A stretch of DNA of 40,797 nt from a virus (Duplodnaviria; Caudoviricetes): positions 1-40,797 of IMG/VR virus record IMGVR_UViG_3300020042_003562, one strand, 5' to 3'. Both the position numbers and the translations under genes were made by a program. Below the pieces are notes generated by a model that worked only from the letters and a program-made list of their open reading frames with translations, ran no database searches and was not told the DNA's origin. Shown in pieces: positions 10,400-21,493 of the stretch. The first letter of the stretch is position 1; each line of letters starts with the position of its first letter.

Positions 10400-11457
10400 T
10401 GGCCGATGATGTAGACAAGCGGTTAGCCGAGATTGAGGCTAAAAACAAAGAGAAGCAAAAAGCTGCTAGGGAACGTGCTGCCAAATTAAAAGCAGCACAA
10501 GCTAAAGCAGAAGCTGATCGCAAGAAGCGTGAGCAGGAAACTGCTAAGGTTGCACAAGAAAACTCACAGCGACGTGGTGCACCTATTACAGAAAAGCGCC
10601 TTAACCCTCAGACTGAAGCTGGCAGAAACGCTAGGCAAGATCAGCGTATTGAAAGCGAAAACAAGACTAATCTTTCAAACAAGTATGGTCAGGCTTATCG
10701 CAGGCGCGAAGATCTTATTGAAAAGTATGGCAAGACTGGCGATCCTAAAGACAAGCAAGCAGTTCTTAATGCACAGGCTGCACTTGAGCCTATTGTTGCT
10801 GAGTACGTAAAAGTATTTGGAACCGAGCCTCCAGGCTACAAGCCAGCCACAACTCTTTCAAAAGAGACTGGTCGTACCGAAGGTCAGATGCGCCAGGGCG
10901 AAAGAAAATTCCCTACTGCTGGTGAAACTCAGTCACGTGAAGTTGCTCGTTCTGCTGGTCGTAATGCTGGCGTAGGCGCTGTACCTGCAGTTGTTGCTCA
11001 GGTTGCAGATCCAAACGTACAAAGAATTATTGACGCTGCCGCTAAAGCAGGATTCCAGATTTCAGTTGCTGATGCTTCAGCCGCACTTGGAACACCTATC
11101 ACTGGCGGTGGTGGCGGTGGAAGCATGGCTTCTACTCGCAAGCAAACAACTCAATACAGCCTACAACAGGTACGTTCTGCCGCAGATAGCATTTACCAGA
11201 ACTCCATTGGCCGTGCACTTAACGATGAAGAACTACGCATGTTGCACCAGTCGTTAAATAACACGTTCAAGGAAAACCCTGAAGTTACTAAAATGTCAGC
11301 CAAGGGAAATGTAACTACTTCTGGTGGAGTAGACGCACGTGGATTCATAGAGCAGGAAGCTCAAGCCAATCCAGAGTTTGCTTCTTACCAAAAGGCAACT
11401 ACTTATTTTGACGCAATGTTAGACACGCTAAGAGGCCCAGTTGGAGGTGGCATTTAA
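10399..11457 (+). CDS. Hypothetical virion protein with N-terminal Lys/Ala/Glu coiled coil
   Basis: 352 aa; TAATG coupling on both sides. Confidence 0.7.
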   Translation: MADDVDKRLAEIEAKNKEKQKAARERAAKLKAAQAKAEADRKKREQETAKVAQENSQRRGAPITEKRLNPQTEAGRNARQDQRIESENKTNLSNKYGQAYRRREDLIEKYGKTGDPKDKQAVLNAQAALEPIVAEYVKVFGTEPPGYKPATTLSKETGRTEGQMRQGERKFPTAGETQSREVARSAGRNAGVGAVPAVVAQVADPNVQRIIDAAAKAGFQISVADASAALGTPITGGGGGGSMASTRKQTTQYSLQQVRSAADSIYQNSIGRALNDEELRMLHQSLNNTFKENPEVTKMSAKGNVTTSGGVDARGFIEQEAQANPEFASYQKATTYFDAMLDTLRGPVGGGI

Positions 11458-12434
11458 TGGCAACACAACCAGGTGCCGCATGGGTAAAGAATAGCAAGGG
11501 TAAGTGGGTTAAGCCAAAGGCTCCTGCTACTGGCGGTCCATACGAATGGAACGATACTAGCGGTTGGGTAAAAGTAAAGACTGCCTCAGACTTTGCAGCA
11601 GAATACGGAACTCAAGCTGCCCTAGTTAACAGCAACCCAGAACTCCAAAGTTTGTTTAACCAAGCAGTTGCAGAGCAATGGTCTCCAGCCAAGTTCAAGG
11701 CTACCTTTGAAAACACAAACTGGTTTAAGTCTAACGGACCAACATGGCGTATGGCAGAAACTGCACGCCTATCTGATCCTGGTTCCTGGAACGCTTCTCT
11801 AACTGAAATCAAGGCAAAGATCCAGCAAACCTCACGGGACATGGGATTTGAATTAAACCCTGCCGATGTTGACAAACTTGCTAACGACACACTTTACCTA
11901 TCATGGGGTAAGGGTGTAGATGATTCTATGCTTAAGCAACATGTTGCTGCTACGGGCCGTATCACTGGCACTGGTGGCGAAGTTGCTACCACCATGCAGA
12001 AACTTAAAGAACAAGCTGGTAGCATGGGTGTACAATATGCTGACGACTGGTTTGCCAATGCAGCACAAAGCACACTGGCTGGTCAGTCTAACATTGACTA
12101 CTACAACCAGAAAATTAGAGATGATGCCAAAAGTAAATATGCAGCCTTTGCTGACCAAATTGATGCTGGTCAAACAGTTGCCGCCATTGCTTCGCCGTAT
12201 GTACAAAGTATGGCACGAATCTTAGAGTTACCTTCGACAGACATTGACTTAAACGATCCAACCATCTCACAGGCTTTGCAGGGATTTGATGCACAAAACA
12301 AGCCAGTTGCTAAACCAGTTTGGGAATTTGAACGTGAGCTAAAGCAAGATGATCGCTATTTCAAGACCAACACTGCAGTTAGAGACATGACTGGTTTGGC
12401 TTCTGAAATTGCCCGACAGTTTGGAAAGATGTAA
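11457..12434 (+). CDS. Hypothetical virion protein (putative internal protein)
   Basis: 325 aa; TAATG coupling; function unknown. Confidence 0.7.
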   Translation: MATQPGAAWVKNSKGKWVKPKAPATGGPYEWNDTSGWVKVKTASDFAAEYGTQAALVNSNPELQSLFNQAVAEQWSPAKFKATFENTNWFKSNGPTWRMAETARLSDPGSWNASLTEIKAKIQQTSRDMGFELNPADVDKLANDTLYLSWGKGVDDSMLKQHVAATGRITGTGGEVATTMQKLKEQAGSMGVQYADDWFANAAQSTLAGQSNIDYYNQKIRDDAKSKYAAFADQIDAGQTVAAIASPYVQSMARILELPSTDIDLNDPTISQALQGFDAQNKPVAKPVWEFERELKQDDRYFKTNTAVRDMTGLASEIARQFGKM

Positions 12435-13282
12435 TGGCTGAACCAGTAGTACCACCTATGGATGCCCGCGATGTATTTACTCGCACTCTTAAAGACCTTG
12501 GGTTTAGCGACGCACAGATCAATGAACTGCTACCGCAAGTTACTCAATGGCAATCGGTTTACACACCAACCCAGATCGTTACCGACTTGCTACCTACCAC
12601 AACTGTTTACCAGCAAAGATTTTCTGCTAATGAAACTCGCGTAAAGAATGGCTTAAAGCCACTTAGCCCAAGTGAGTACCTGTCTCTTGAAACAGCCTAC
12701 CGAGCCACACTTAAAGACGCTGGACTTCCTGCAGGTTTTTATGATAGCCCAGATGATTTTGCTGGATTCATCGGCCAGGACACATCTGCTGCTGAGATTA
12801 AACTACGTGCAGATGCAGCAGCTCGCGCTGTAAACAATACAGATCCTGCATACACACAAGCACTTAGGGATATATACGGAATAGATGAAGGCATGATGGC
12901 CGCGTTTATGTTAGACGCAGAACGTGCCCGACCTCTAATTGAAAAGCAAGCCAAGGCTGTTGAGTTTGGAACTGCCGCTGTTAGACAGGGTTTGCAAGCT
13001 ACCAGAGTTGGCGAACAATTTGCACAACGTGGACCTGCTACTGGTTACACTGCAGATCAAGGCTACAGCGCTATTGCTGGGATGCTACCAACCGCTTCAA
13101 AACTTGGTCAGGTCTATGGTCAAACTTACGACCAGGCAACGGCAGAGCAAGAGGTCTTCTCTGGTCTTGAGTCTGCAAAGCGCAAGCGTCAGAAACTTGG
13201 ACAGATGGAAACAGCAACTTTTAGTGGACAGTCTGGCGTAGCCGCTGGTTCATTGAAGGCAAGCAAGTCGGGACAGTTTTAG
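12434..13282 (+). CDS. Hypothetical virion protein (putative internal protein)
   Basis: 282 aa; TAATG coupling; function unknown. Confidence 0.7.
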   Translation: MAEPVVPPMDARDVFTRTLKDLGFSDAQINELLPQVTQWQSVYTPTQIVTDLLPTTTVYQQRFSANETRVKNGLKPLSPSEYLSLETAYRATLKDAGLPAGFYDSPDDFAGFIGQDTSAAEIKLRADAAARAVNNTDPAYTQALRDIYGIDEGMMAAFMLDAERARPLIEKQAKAVEFGTAAVRQGLQATRVGEQFAQRGPATGYTADQGYSAIAGMLPTASKLGQVYGQTYDQATAEQEVFSGLESAKRKRQKLGQMETATFSGQSGVAAGSLKASKSGQF

Positions 13283-13288
13283 TCCCAA

Positions 13289-13365
13289 GGGTGTGAAAGG
13301 TTAGACCGAATCTAAATCCGCATGACGGACAGATACGGGACGCGGTTCGATTCCGCACACATCCA
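13289..13365 (+). ncRNA. Miniature tmRNA-like RNA (tRNA-like domain with Ala identity; mRNA domain reduced to a hairpin)
   Basis: Acceptor stem GGGTGTG/CACATCC with G3:U70 and A73; stemless D-loop AAAGGTTAGA; helix CCGAATCT/AGATACGG; GAC linker; T-arm GCGG-TTCGATT-CCGC; no encoded CCA. Confidence 0.8.
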
Positions 13366-13368
13366 CTC

Positions 13369-13458
13369 CGCACGGATCGGTCGGCCCATGTGCGTGTAAA
13401 TAAGCCCGATAGTGAAAGCCAACACAGGTTCCCCTGCTTGTGTTGTGGTTCGCGACTA
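13369..13458 (+). other. Structured leader upstream of scaffold/capsid genes (putative pseudoknot plus long hairpin)
   Basis: CGCAC/GTGCG stem whose loop (ATCGG or GTCGG) can pair with downstream CCGAT; AACACA/TGTGTT stem within AGCC/GGTT, with a TTCCCC loop. Confidence 0.45.
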
Positions 13459-13487
13459 ACCTAAAAAAACGAAAGGGAGTGGCTGCT

Positions 13488-13949
13488 ATGGCCAACCAGT
13501 ACAACGATTACGATGACGACGACGACTTCGATACCGAAGAAGAAAGCGGTCCTGCAAACCTTCGCAAGGCTTTGAAAAAAGCTGAACGTGAAGCAAAGCA
13601 ACTCCGAGATGAACTTACTTCTTTGCGATCAGAATCGCGTTCACGAACCGTAAAGGACGTTCTGGAAACCAAGGGTGTTAATCCAAAGATTGCTGCGTTC
13701 ATTCCAGCAGATGCGGATACACCTGAAAAGGTTGCTCTATGGCTTGACGAATACTCAGATGTATTTGGGTATCAATCAAATGGGCAATCAGACGACATTG
13801 TGGCTCCAGAATCGGCTCGCCGTATTCAGGAATCCACTTCAACTGCTACAGGCGCAGGTCGTGACGAGGACTTAGCTTCTCGTCTAGCCGCTACCAACAG
13901 CAGAGAAGAGCTGGATCAACTGATCTTTGGTATGTCCACAGGTCGTTAA
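13488..13949 (+). CDS. Capsid scaffolding protein
   Basis: Acidic N-terminus then coiled coil (LRKALKKAEREAKQLRDEL); immediately before capsid gene; SD AAAGGGAG favours ATG 13488 over the track start. Confidence 0.8.
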   Translation: MANQYNDYDDDDDFDTEEESGPANLRKALKKAEREAKQLRDELTSLRSESRSRTVKDVLETKGVNPKIAAFIPADADTPEKVALWLDEYSDVFGYQSNGQSDDIVAPESARRIQESTSTATGAGRDEDLASRLAATNSREELDQLIFGMSTGR

Positions 13950-13990
13950 CAGCAACTACAACAACCCCTAATTCCCAAGGAGGGAAATAA

Positions 13991-14950
13991 ATGCCTAACG
14001 CATTTACAGACACAGGCACGGGTTCGCTTGGTACCAATCTGGTCCAAGCCGCCTATGACCGTTATGTTGAGTTTGCACTTCGCGCAATCCCATTGATTCG
14101 CGACGTTGCAGACAAGCGCCCAGCGCAACAGGCAATGCCAGGTTCCTCAGTCGTGTTCCAGCTTTACAGCGACATGGCTAAGGCTACTACAGCATTGACT
14201 GAAACCACAGATCCAGATGCAGTTGCTCTTGGCAACACCACATCTGTATCCGTAACACTGAACGAATACGGCAACGCAGCCCTTGCAACTCGCAAATTGG
14301 AACTGTTCTCGCTGTCCGATGTTGATCCAGCTATTGCTAACATCATCGCGTTCAACATGGCTGATTCCCTAGATGAACTGGCTCTTACCGAACTACGCGG
14401 TGGAAGCAACGTAATCTACTCAGCTAACTCAACTGGCACTGCCGCAACTGGCACTGCTTACATTGGTGCAACAAACACCCTTAAGTCCGCTGATGTTCGT
14501 AAGGCAGTAGCCAAGCTTCGTGCTGGCAAGGCTGTCCCACGTACAGGCGAACTATACTGGTGTGGTATCCACCCTGAAGTTTCACACGATCTTCGTGCTG
14601 AGACTGGTGCAGGTGGCTGGCGTGAGGCTCACGTCTACAACGAATCTGGCGCAGGAAACTTGTGGCCAGGAAGCATTGGTACCTACGAAGGTGCAATGTT
14701 CGTTGAATCACCACGTCTATACAACGCAACCGATGGCGCAACAAGCACTCGCGTGTTCCGCACCATCGTTGCAGGTCAGCAAGCACTTGCAGAAGCAGTT
14801 GCAGAAGAGCCACATGTAATCATTGGCCCAGTTGTTGACAAGTTGATGCGCTTCCGTCCAATCGGATGGTACGGCGTACTTGGCTGGAAGCGTTACCGTG
14901 AAGCTGCGCTTTACCGTATCGAATCCACCTCAAGCATCAACAACGTCTAA
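13991..14950 (+). CDS. Major capsid protein (N4-gp56-like family)
   Basis: 319 aa; VTLNEYG, IHPEVSHDL, GSIGTYEG and DKLMRFRPIGWY motifs resemble this family; strong SD AAGGAGG; follows scaffold. Confidence 0.9.
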   Translation: MPNAFTDTGTGSLGTNLVQAAYDRYVEFALRAIPLIRDVADKRPAQQAMPGSSVVFQLYSDMAKATTALTETTDPDAVALGNTTSVSVTLNEYGNAALATRKLELFSLSDVDPAIANIIAFNMADSLDELALTELRGGSNVIYSANSTGTAATGTAYIGATNTLKSADVRKAVAKLRAGKAVPRTGELYWCGIHPEVSHDLRAETGAGGWREAHVYNESGAGNLWPGSIGTYEGAMFVESPRLYNATDGATSTRVFRTIVAGQQALAEAVAEEPHVIIGPVVDKLMRFRPIGWYGVLGWKRYREAALYRIESTSSINNV

Positions 14951-14963
14951 TTTAGACAACACG

Positions 14964-14999
14964 GTGCGGTCCCTGTCATATAACGGGCAGGGACTGCAC
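14964..14999 (+). terminator. GC-rich hairpin after capsid gene (terminator or mRNA stabiliser)
   Basis: GTGCGGTCCCTGTC/GGCAGGGACTGCAC 14-bp stem with two G:U pairs; no immediate U-tract. Confidence 0.6.
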
Positions 15000-15027
15000 T
15001 ACCCCCATAACTTTTGAAAGGACAGCA

Positions 15028-15287
15028 GTGACGTACTACTTCACCCCACCAACCGTTGAAGAAGGTCCTGCTGGTGGTGGTCGCTTATTCTGGCGCTACC
15101 GACTAAACAGATCAGACACCGTATTGCTAAACAGCGACGGGTCTTACTCACATTATCGCTCCCCTGGTATCGAGGAACTTGAAGCCGCAGTTCGATTCTA
15201 CCAAGGTGGACACATCTATCCAATTACAGAAGCAGAACGTGCCAGCCTAATTGCAGGTGGCTACGGTCCTAACATTACGGAGGCATA

Positions 15288-15288
<1 letters not shown>
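15028..15288 (+). CDS. Hypothetical structural-module protein
   Basis: 86 aa, GTG start with SD AAAGGA. Confidence 0.75.
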
Positions 15289-17131
<1,843 letters not shown>

Positions 17132-17132
17132 C

Positions 17133-17462
17133 GTGGCTTATACATACAAGGTTCTTGCTCAAGCTGCACCTAGCGCTACAACTAACACTGATGTTTACAC
17201 AGTGGGCGCTGGTAAGACTGCCATCATTTCCACTATGACCATCGCTAACCGTGGTACATCTAGCGCTTCATACCGCATTGCTATTCGTCCAGCTGGCGCT
17301 ACCCTTGCTAACCAGCACTACATTGCATACGACGCTGTAGTTGCAGGTAACGATACAACAGCGCTAACCATTGGCCTTACCCTTGCTGCATCTGATGTAG
17401 TAACTGTGTACGTTTCTAGCGCTAACATCTCCATTGGACTATTTGGTTCTGAGGTAGCGTAA
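17133..17462 (+). CDS. Hypothetical beta-rich fibre/decoration protein
   Basis: 109 aa; in fibre cluster; TAATG coupling to next gene. Confidence 0.7.
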   Translation: MAYTYKVLAQAAPSATTNTDVYTVGAGKTAIISTMTIANRGTSSASYRIAIRPAGATLANQHYIAYDAVVAGNDTTALTIGLTLAASDVVTVYVSSANISIGLFGSEVA

Positions 17463-18067
17463 TGGCAGTAGATAAGTTCTCTAGTGCCGCTGGTCCCCAA
17501 CATGGAATGATCTGTGTTGTTCCTACATCCATCGGAGTTGATAACGGTTCAGCATCTTCAAATGCTTTTGGCAGAGTAACTTTTTCTGGTACTAGTGGTT
17601 TTAGACTTAATGGTGTATTTAGTTCTTTATACGATAACTACAAAATTATTATGAGCGTAGATAGCCCTTCTGCTGGTTATGACCAATACGTGAGAGTAAG
17701 AGTATCAAATACGGGTTCAGCGCCAGAATCATCAAGTGTTTACAGAATGGCTGGATACCAATCTTATAGTGACGGCGCAACTGTAGGTTCAGCCTCTTTT
17801 CAAACAACATCCACAGGATTAGATTTATTGGCTACAGGTGGTCCAGCACATCAAAATGTACCAGGATCTATGGAAATATTTGGACCAGCAAAGGTTGGAT
17901 ACACTCATTTTCAATGGTTAAGTTATGTTGCCGTTAACCCAGAATATTATGGAAGATATGAAATTGGAAAACACTCTATATCTGCATCCTATGACGGAAT
18001 TTATTTTTATACTACAAATAGCACTGCAATGGGCGGTACTGTTCGTGTTTACGGATACAACAACTAA
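17462..18067 (+). CDS. Putative adhesin-domain protein, paralog 1 (ends GTVRVYGYNN)
   Basis: Shares TFSG...F.S.YDNYK and C-terminal motif with 18295 and 18864 ORFs. Confidence 0.7.
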   Translation: MAVDKFSSAAGPQHGMICVVPTSIGVDNGSASSNAFGRVTFSGTSGFRLNGVFSSLYDNYKIIMSVDSPSAGYDQYVRVRVSNTGSAPESSSVYRMAGYQSYSDGATVGSASFQTTSTGLDLLATGGPAHQNVPGSMEIFGPAKVGYTHFQWLSYVAVNPEYYGRYEIGKHSISASYDGIYFYTTNSTAMGGTVRVYGYNN

Positions 18068-18076
18068 GGAAAACAA

Positions 18077-18295
18077 ATGGAACTTGTAGAAATTACCCCA
18101 GAAGACTCAGTAGTACCTGTGTACCTTGAAGTCTTGACAGATGAAGAACAAGCACAGCGCGATGCTGAACAAGCAGAAATGCTAGCCCAGGAAGAAGCAC
18201 GTAAGGCTGAAGCTGAAGCCAAGGAAGAACTAAAGCAGGCAGCTCTAGCGCGGATCGGTCTAACCGAAGACGAGATTAAGGCTATATTCAACTAA
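18077..18295 (+). CDS. Small acidic coiled-coil protein (fibre-assembly chaperone-like)
   Basis: 72 aa; LTDEEQAQR...LARIGLTEDEI; SD AAGGA. Confidence 0.65.
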   Translation: MELVEITPEDSVVPVYLEVLTDEEQAQRDAEQAEMLAQEEARKAEAEAKEELKQAALARIGLTEDEIKAIFN

Positions 18296-18864
18296 TGTCT
18301 GTATCAAGAGTTTCTAATGCGACTGCTGCAACGGCGGTTGCAGGGTTACATATGGTTACTCCTACGTCAGTAACAGTTGGTTCTGGTACTGGCAGTGTGT
18401 CTGGTCAAGGCGCTGTAACTTTTAGTGGTGCTACTTCTGTAATTCTAGATAACTGCTTTAATTCTAATTATGAAAACTATAAAGTCCTGTTAAATGTAGT
18501 TACTTCTGGAACTTCACAGGATATCTATGTTCAATTAACTGACGGGGCAAGTTACTATCAATCAAAGTGGCAACACTATTTTGGCAGCAGCGCTGTTACT
18601 GCTAACTCCAGCGCTCAAACCTATTGGAACGCTGGAAGAACCAGCATTTATGGAGGCTCTTTAGTAGTTGATATATTTTCTCCAAATAAGAGTGTAAGAA
18701 CTTTTATGAATTCTCAAAGTTCAGATGCCGATAAATTTGGTTCTGTAACTGGAGGTTTTACTGATGATTTTAACCAACACACTCGCTTTAGAATACTTGG
18801 CAGTTCCAATGGAGCATTTACAGGAACTATTCGTGTCTACGGCTACAACAACGGTGGTGCATAA
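18295..18864 (+). CDS. Putative adhesin-domain protein, paralog 2 (ends GTIRVYGYNNGGA)
   Basis: Paralogous motifs as above. Confidence 0.7.
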   Translation: MSVSRVSNATAATAVAGLHMVTPTSVTVGSGTGSVSGQGAVTFSGATSVILDNCFNSNYENYKVLLNVVTSGTSQDIYVQLTDGASYYQSKWQHYFGSSAVTANSSAQTYWNAGRTSIYGGSLVVDIFSPNKSVRTFMNSQSSDADKFGSVTGGFTDDFNQHTRFRILGSSNGAFTGTIRVYGYNNGGA

Positions 18865-19856
18865 TGACTACAAGACCAGGTTACGTATGGGATAACACCG
18901 CATTAGAGTGGGTATCCATTGGACCAGTAGCGCTACCAGGTTCCAAGGTTTCTTATCAAGCATCAGCGCCAACTTCCCCAGCAACAGGTGACATCTGGGT
19001 AGACGCTGACGATGAAGTACCAGGTATCACATCATCCCTTAACTACCGCTGGCGCAAGATCGCAGCTGGTGGAGAGACTTCTCTGTCAGGTAACGACAAC
19101 TCAGGTCTACCGCTTGCCTACAATCCAGGCTACGAACAGGTTTACCTAAACGGTGTACTGCAATACCGTGGCAGTGACTACGTTGCTACAACTGGTAACA
19201 CCATTACAGGATTAACAGCGCTAGTAGCCAATGACACTATTGAAGTGTTGTCCTTTGTAACTGCACCTATCGGTGATACTTATACTCAGGCTGCTGCTGA
19301 CTCAAAGTTTCAAACTAAGATTGCAACTGGATTAAACCTTGTAATTCCTGCATCTGTAACTGGTGGAACACTTGCCGCTAATGGGCAAATAACTTTTAGC
19401 GGTGTATCTACGGTTGATGTAGTTAATTGTTTTTCATCAGCGTATGACACTTACAGAGTTTTAATATCTGCTCATGTTGCTGCTGGCAGTCCTTTACTTG
19501 CTTTATATTTTAGAGACAATAATTCTCTTGTAGGCAGTGGGTACTATGGTGGTGCTTACAGTTCTAGATTTGATGGAGTTAATGGAGCGACTGCTATAAA
19601 TAACGCAGGTTTTATTACTGCAGTTCCAAATATAGGAAATACTGCTAATTCTAGGTCCGTTGTTAGTTTAGATGTTTACCGAAGCGCAACGGATGGAATT
19701 GTAACTGGTAGCGCATTTAACGGTAACACTTCTGCCACAGTAAGTATTTCTGCCAACAGAAGCGCAATGACAAACTTTAATGGATTTACAATTAGCCCTG
19801 CGTCTTCTACATTTACTGGAACCATCCGCATCTACGGCTACAACAATGGAGCATAA
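18864..19856 (+). CDS. Fibre protein with C-terminal paralog-3 domain (ends GTIRIYGYNNGA)
   Basis: APT...GDIWVD and VYLNGVL...DY.AT.G fibre motifs plus the shared C-terminal domain. Confidence 0.7.
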   Translation: MTTRPGYVWDNTALEWVSIGPVALPGSKVSYQASAPTSPATGDIWVDADDEVPGITSSLNYRWRKIAAGGETSLSGNDNSGLPLAYNPGYEQVYLNGVLQYRGSDYVATTGNTITGLTALVANDTIEVLSFVTAPIGDTYTQAAADSKFQTKIATGLNLVIPASVTGGTLAANGQITFSGVSTVDVVNCFSSAYDTYRVLISAHVAAGSPLLALYFRDNNSLVGSGYYGGAYSSRFDGVNGATAINNAGFITAVPNIGNTANSRSVVSLDVYRSATDGIVTGSAFNGNTSATVSISANRSAMTNFNGFTISPASSTFTGTIRIYGYNNGA

Positions 19857-19858
19857 CA

Positions 19859-20308
19859 ATGACTAGAGCGAAAGACTTAAGTACCGTAGCAAGTCCAAGA
19901 CCAAACTTTCTTGTTTATCTTTCAGTTAACACTACCGCTGCCAATGACGCAACCATTGGATATAACACAAAAGTTTACGATGACCTAAATAACTTCAGCA
20001 CAAGCACTGCAGTGTTTACTGTTCCTGCTGGACATGCTGGAACATATTCTTTTACGGTAAATGCAAATGTTTATAATATTGGTACTGGAAATTGGAGAGT
20101 TGCCATAGTAACAACTGGAAGTAACGCAATGACTGCTCAGGGGACTTTTGCACCAGCGCTAAGTGCTTTAGACACTTTTGCCAGTGCGAGTCTTATTACT
20201 AAACTTGCTGTTGGTGATACAGTCAGAGCCGTTTATAAATTACCAGCATCGGGAACCAACTCAGGTGGAATTAGTTACAATTCGTTTAGTGGAGCAAGGA
20301 TTTTCTAA
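19859..20308 (+). CDS. C1q/TNF-like domain protein
   Basis: NNFSTSTAVFTVP...GTYSF...LAVGDTV...FSGARI matches the C1q pattern. Confidence 0.7.
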   Translation: MTRAKDLSTVASPRPNFLVYLSVNTTAANDATIGYNTKVYDDLNNFSTSTAVFTVPAGHAGTYSFTVNANVYNIGTGNWRVAIVTTGSNAMTAQGTFAPALSALDTFASASLITKLAVGDTVRAVYKLPASGTNSGGISYNSFSGARIF

Positions 20309-21396
20309 TGGCTAAGAAAGCAAAGGTATACACAGGCACTGAATGGGTTGACTTGGCTGCTGCCACAACTGACCTGTCTCAGTACCCAAACATGACCACC
20401 ACACCTATCAGTGGTTTCCGCAATGCCATTATCAATGGTGATTTTAGAGTTAACCAACGTGGATTTACTAGCGGTTCAACTGGTGGAACATTCTTAGCGG
20501 ATAGATGGTACTTCAATAACCAAGGTGGTACTGGAACTTTAACTGCTTCTTTACAAACCTTTACTCCTGGAGCATCTCCTACAGGGTACGAAGGTACAAG
20601 ATTTGCTCGCATAGTTACAAGCGGTCAGTCTGCAACAAGTACACGTTCTGATTTAATTCAAAACATTGAAGACGTTAGAACTTTTGCTGGTCAAACAATT
20701 ACCGTTTCTTTCTGGGCTAAATCTGCTTCTGGTACACCAAATGTTTCTTTTGAAATTGGTCAATACTTTGGAACTGGCGGTTCTCCATCGGCATTTATCT
20801 CTACTACAAATAAGTTAACTCTAACTGGTGGAACTTCTTGGACTAGGTATTCATTTTCCTACACAGTTCCGTCACTATCTGGAAAAACTATTGGTACAAA
20901 CAATGACCATTACTTGTATTTAGGTATCTGGGTTTCAGCAGGTTCTGATTTCAATGCACGCTCAGGAACACTTGGTATTCAGTCAAACACTTTTGATTTC
21001 TGGGGTGTACAAGTAGAAAAGGGTTCAATAGCCACACCATTTGAACAACGTCCTATTGGTACAGAACTAGCGCTGTGTCAGAGGTATTACCTAAAAGAAG
21101 TGGCTGGAGTTTATGTTGGATACGGAACTCCAGTATTTTGTGCGTCTACCACTTCGGTAAATTCTATGCACAAATTTATGGTTGAAATGCGTTCTGCTCC
21201 AGTATTTTCTGTAGTTTCAGGTTCACCTGCTATTGATAATTACGGTGTTGCAACTGGAATAACTTACGGTTCTCAATACACAGGGACACAAGGAGCGCAA
21301 ATAAATTGGACTGGTTCTGGGTTTACTCAGGGAAGACCAACTACTTTGATTGGTAATGGAAACGTTTTAACTATGGCTTGGAGCGCAGAACTATAA
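20308..21396 (+). CDS. Fibre/receptor-binding protein with carbohydrate-binding-like module
   Basis: RNAIINGDFRVNQRG, TVSFWAK and GVQVEKGSIATPFEQRPIGTELALCQRYY motifs common in phage fibres. Confidence 0.75.
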   Translation: MAKKAKVYTGTEWVDLAAATTDLSQYPNMTTTPISGFRNAIINGDFRVNQRGFTSGSTGGTFLADRWYFNNQGGTGTLTASLQTFTPGASPTGYEGTRFARIVTSGQSATSTRSDLIQNIEDVRTFAGQTITVSFWAKSASGTPNVSFEIGQYFGTGGSPSAFISTTNKLTLTGGTSWTRYSFSYTVPSLSGKTIGTNNDHYLYLGIWVSAGSDFNARSGTLGIQSNTFDFWGVQVEKGSIATPFEQRPIGTELALCQRYYLKEVAGVYVGYGTPVFCASTTSVNSMHKFMVEMRSAPVFSVVSGSPAIDNYGVATGITYGSQYTGTQGAQINWTGSGFTQGRPTTLIGNGNVLTMAWSAEL

Positions 21397-21491
21397 TGGC
21401 TTGTAGAACAGGATGTCCAACACAGGACTGTGAATCATACGCAGATTGCTGTAAGGGTGTAGCTATAAACAAATCGTCATTACGCCCATAG
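21396..21491 (+). CDS. Cys-rich 31-aa peptide MACRTGCPTQDCESYADCCKGVAINKSSLRP
   Basis: Hand-translated; TAATG coupling; N-terminus paralogous to ORF 22566. Confidence 0.6.
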   Translation: MACRTGCPTQDCESYADCCKGVAINKSSLRP

Positions 21492-21493
21492 TA

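Noticed and set aside
13289-13365. Canonical tRNA gene or attP remnant
   Set aside because: No D-stem and no 5-bp/7-nt anticodon arm; both ends are present with compensated pairing, and no integrase is encoded
13366-13425. Theta/HDV-like or twister ribozyme after the tRNA-like RNA
   Set aside because: Too few nucleotides for HDV P3/L3, and I could not build a full twister core
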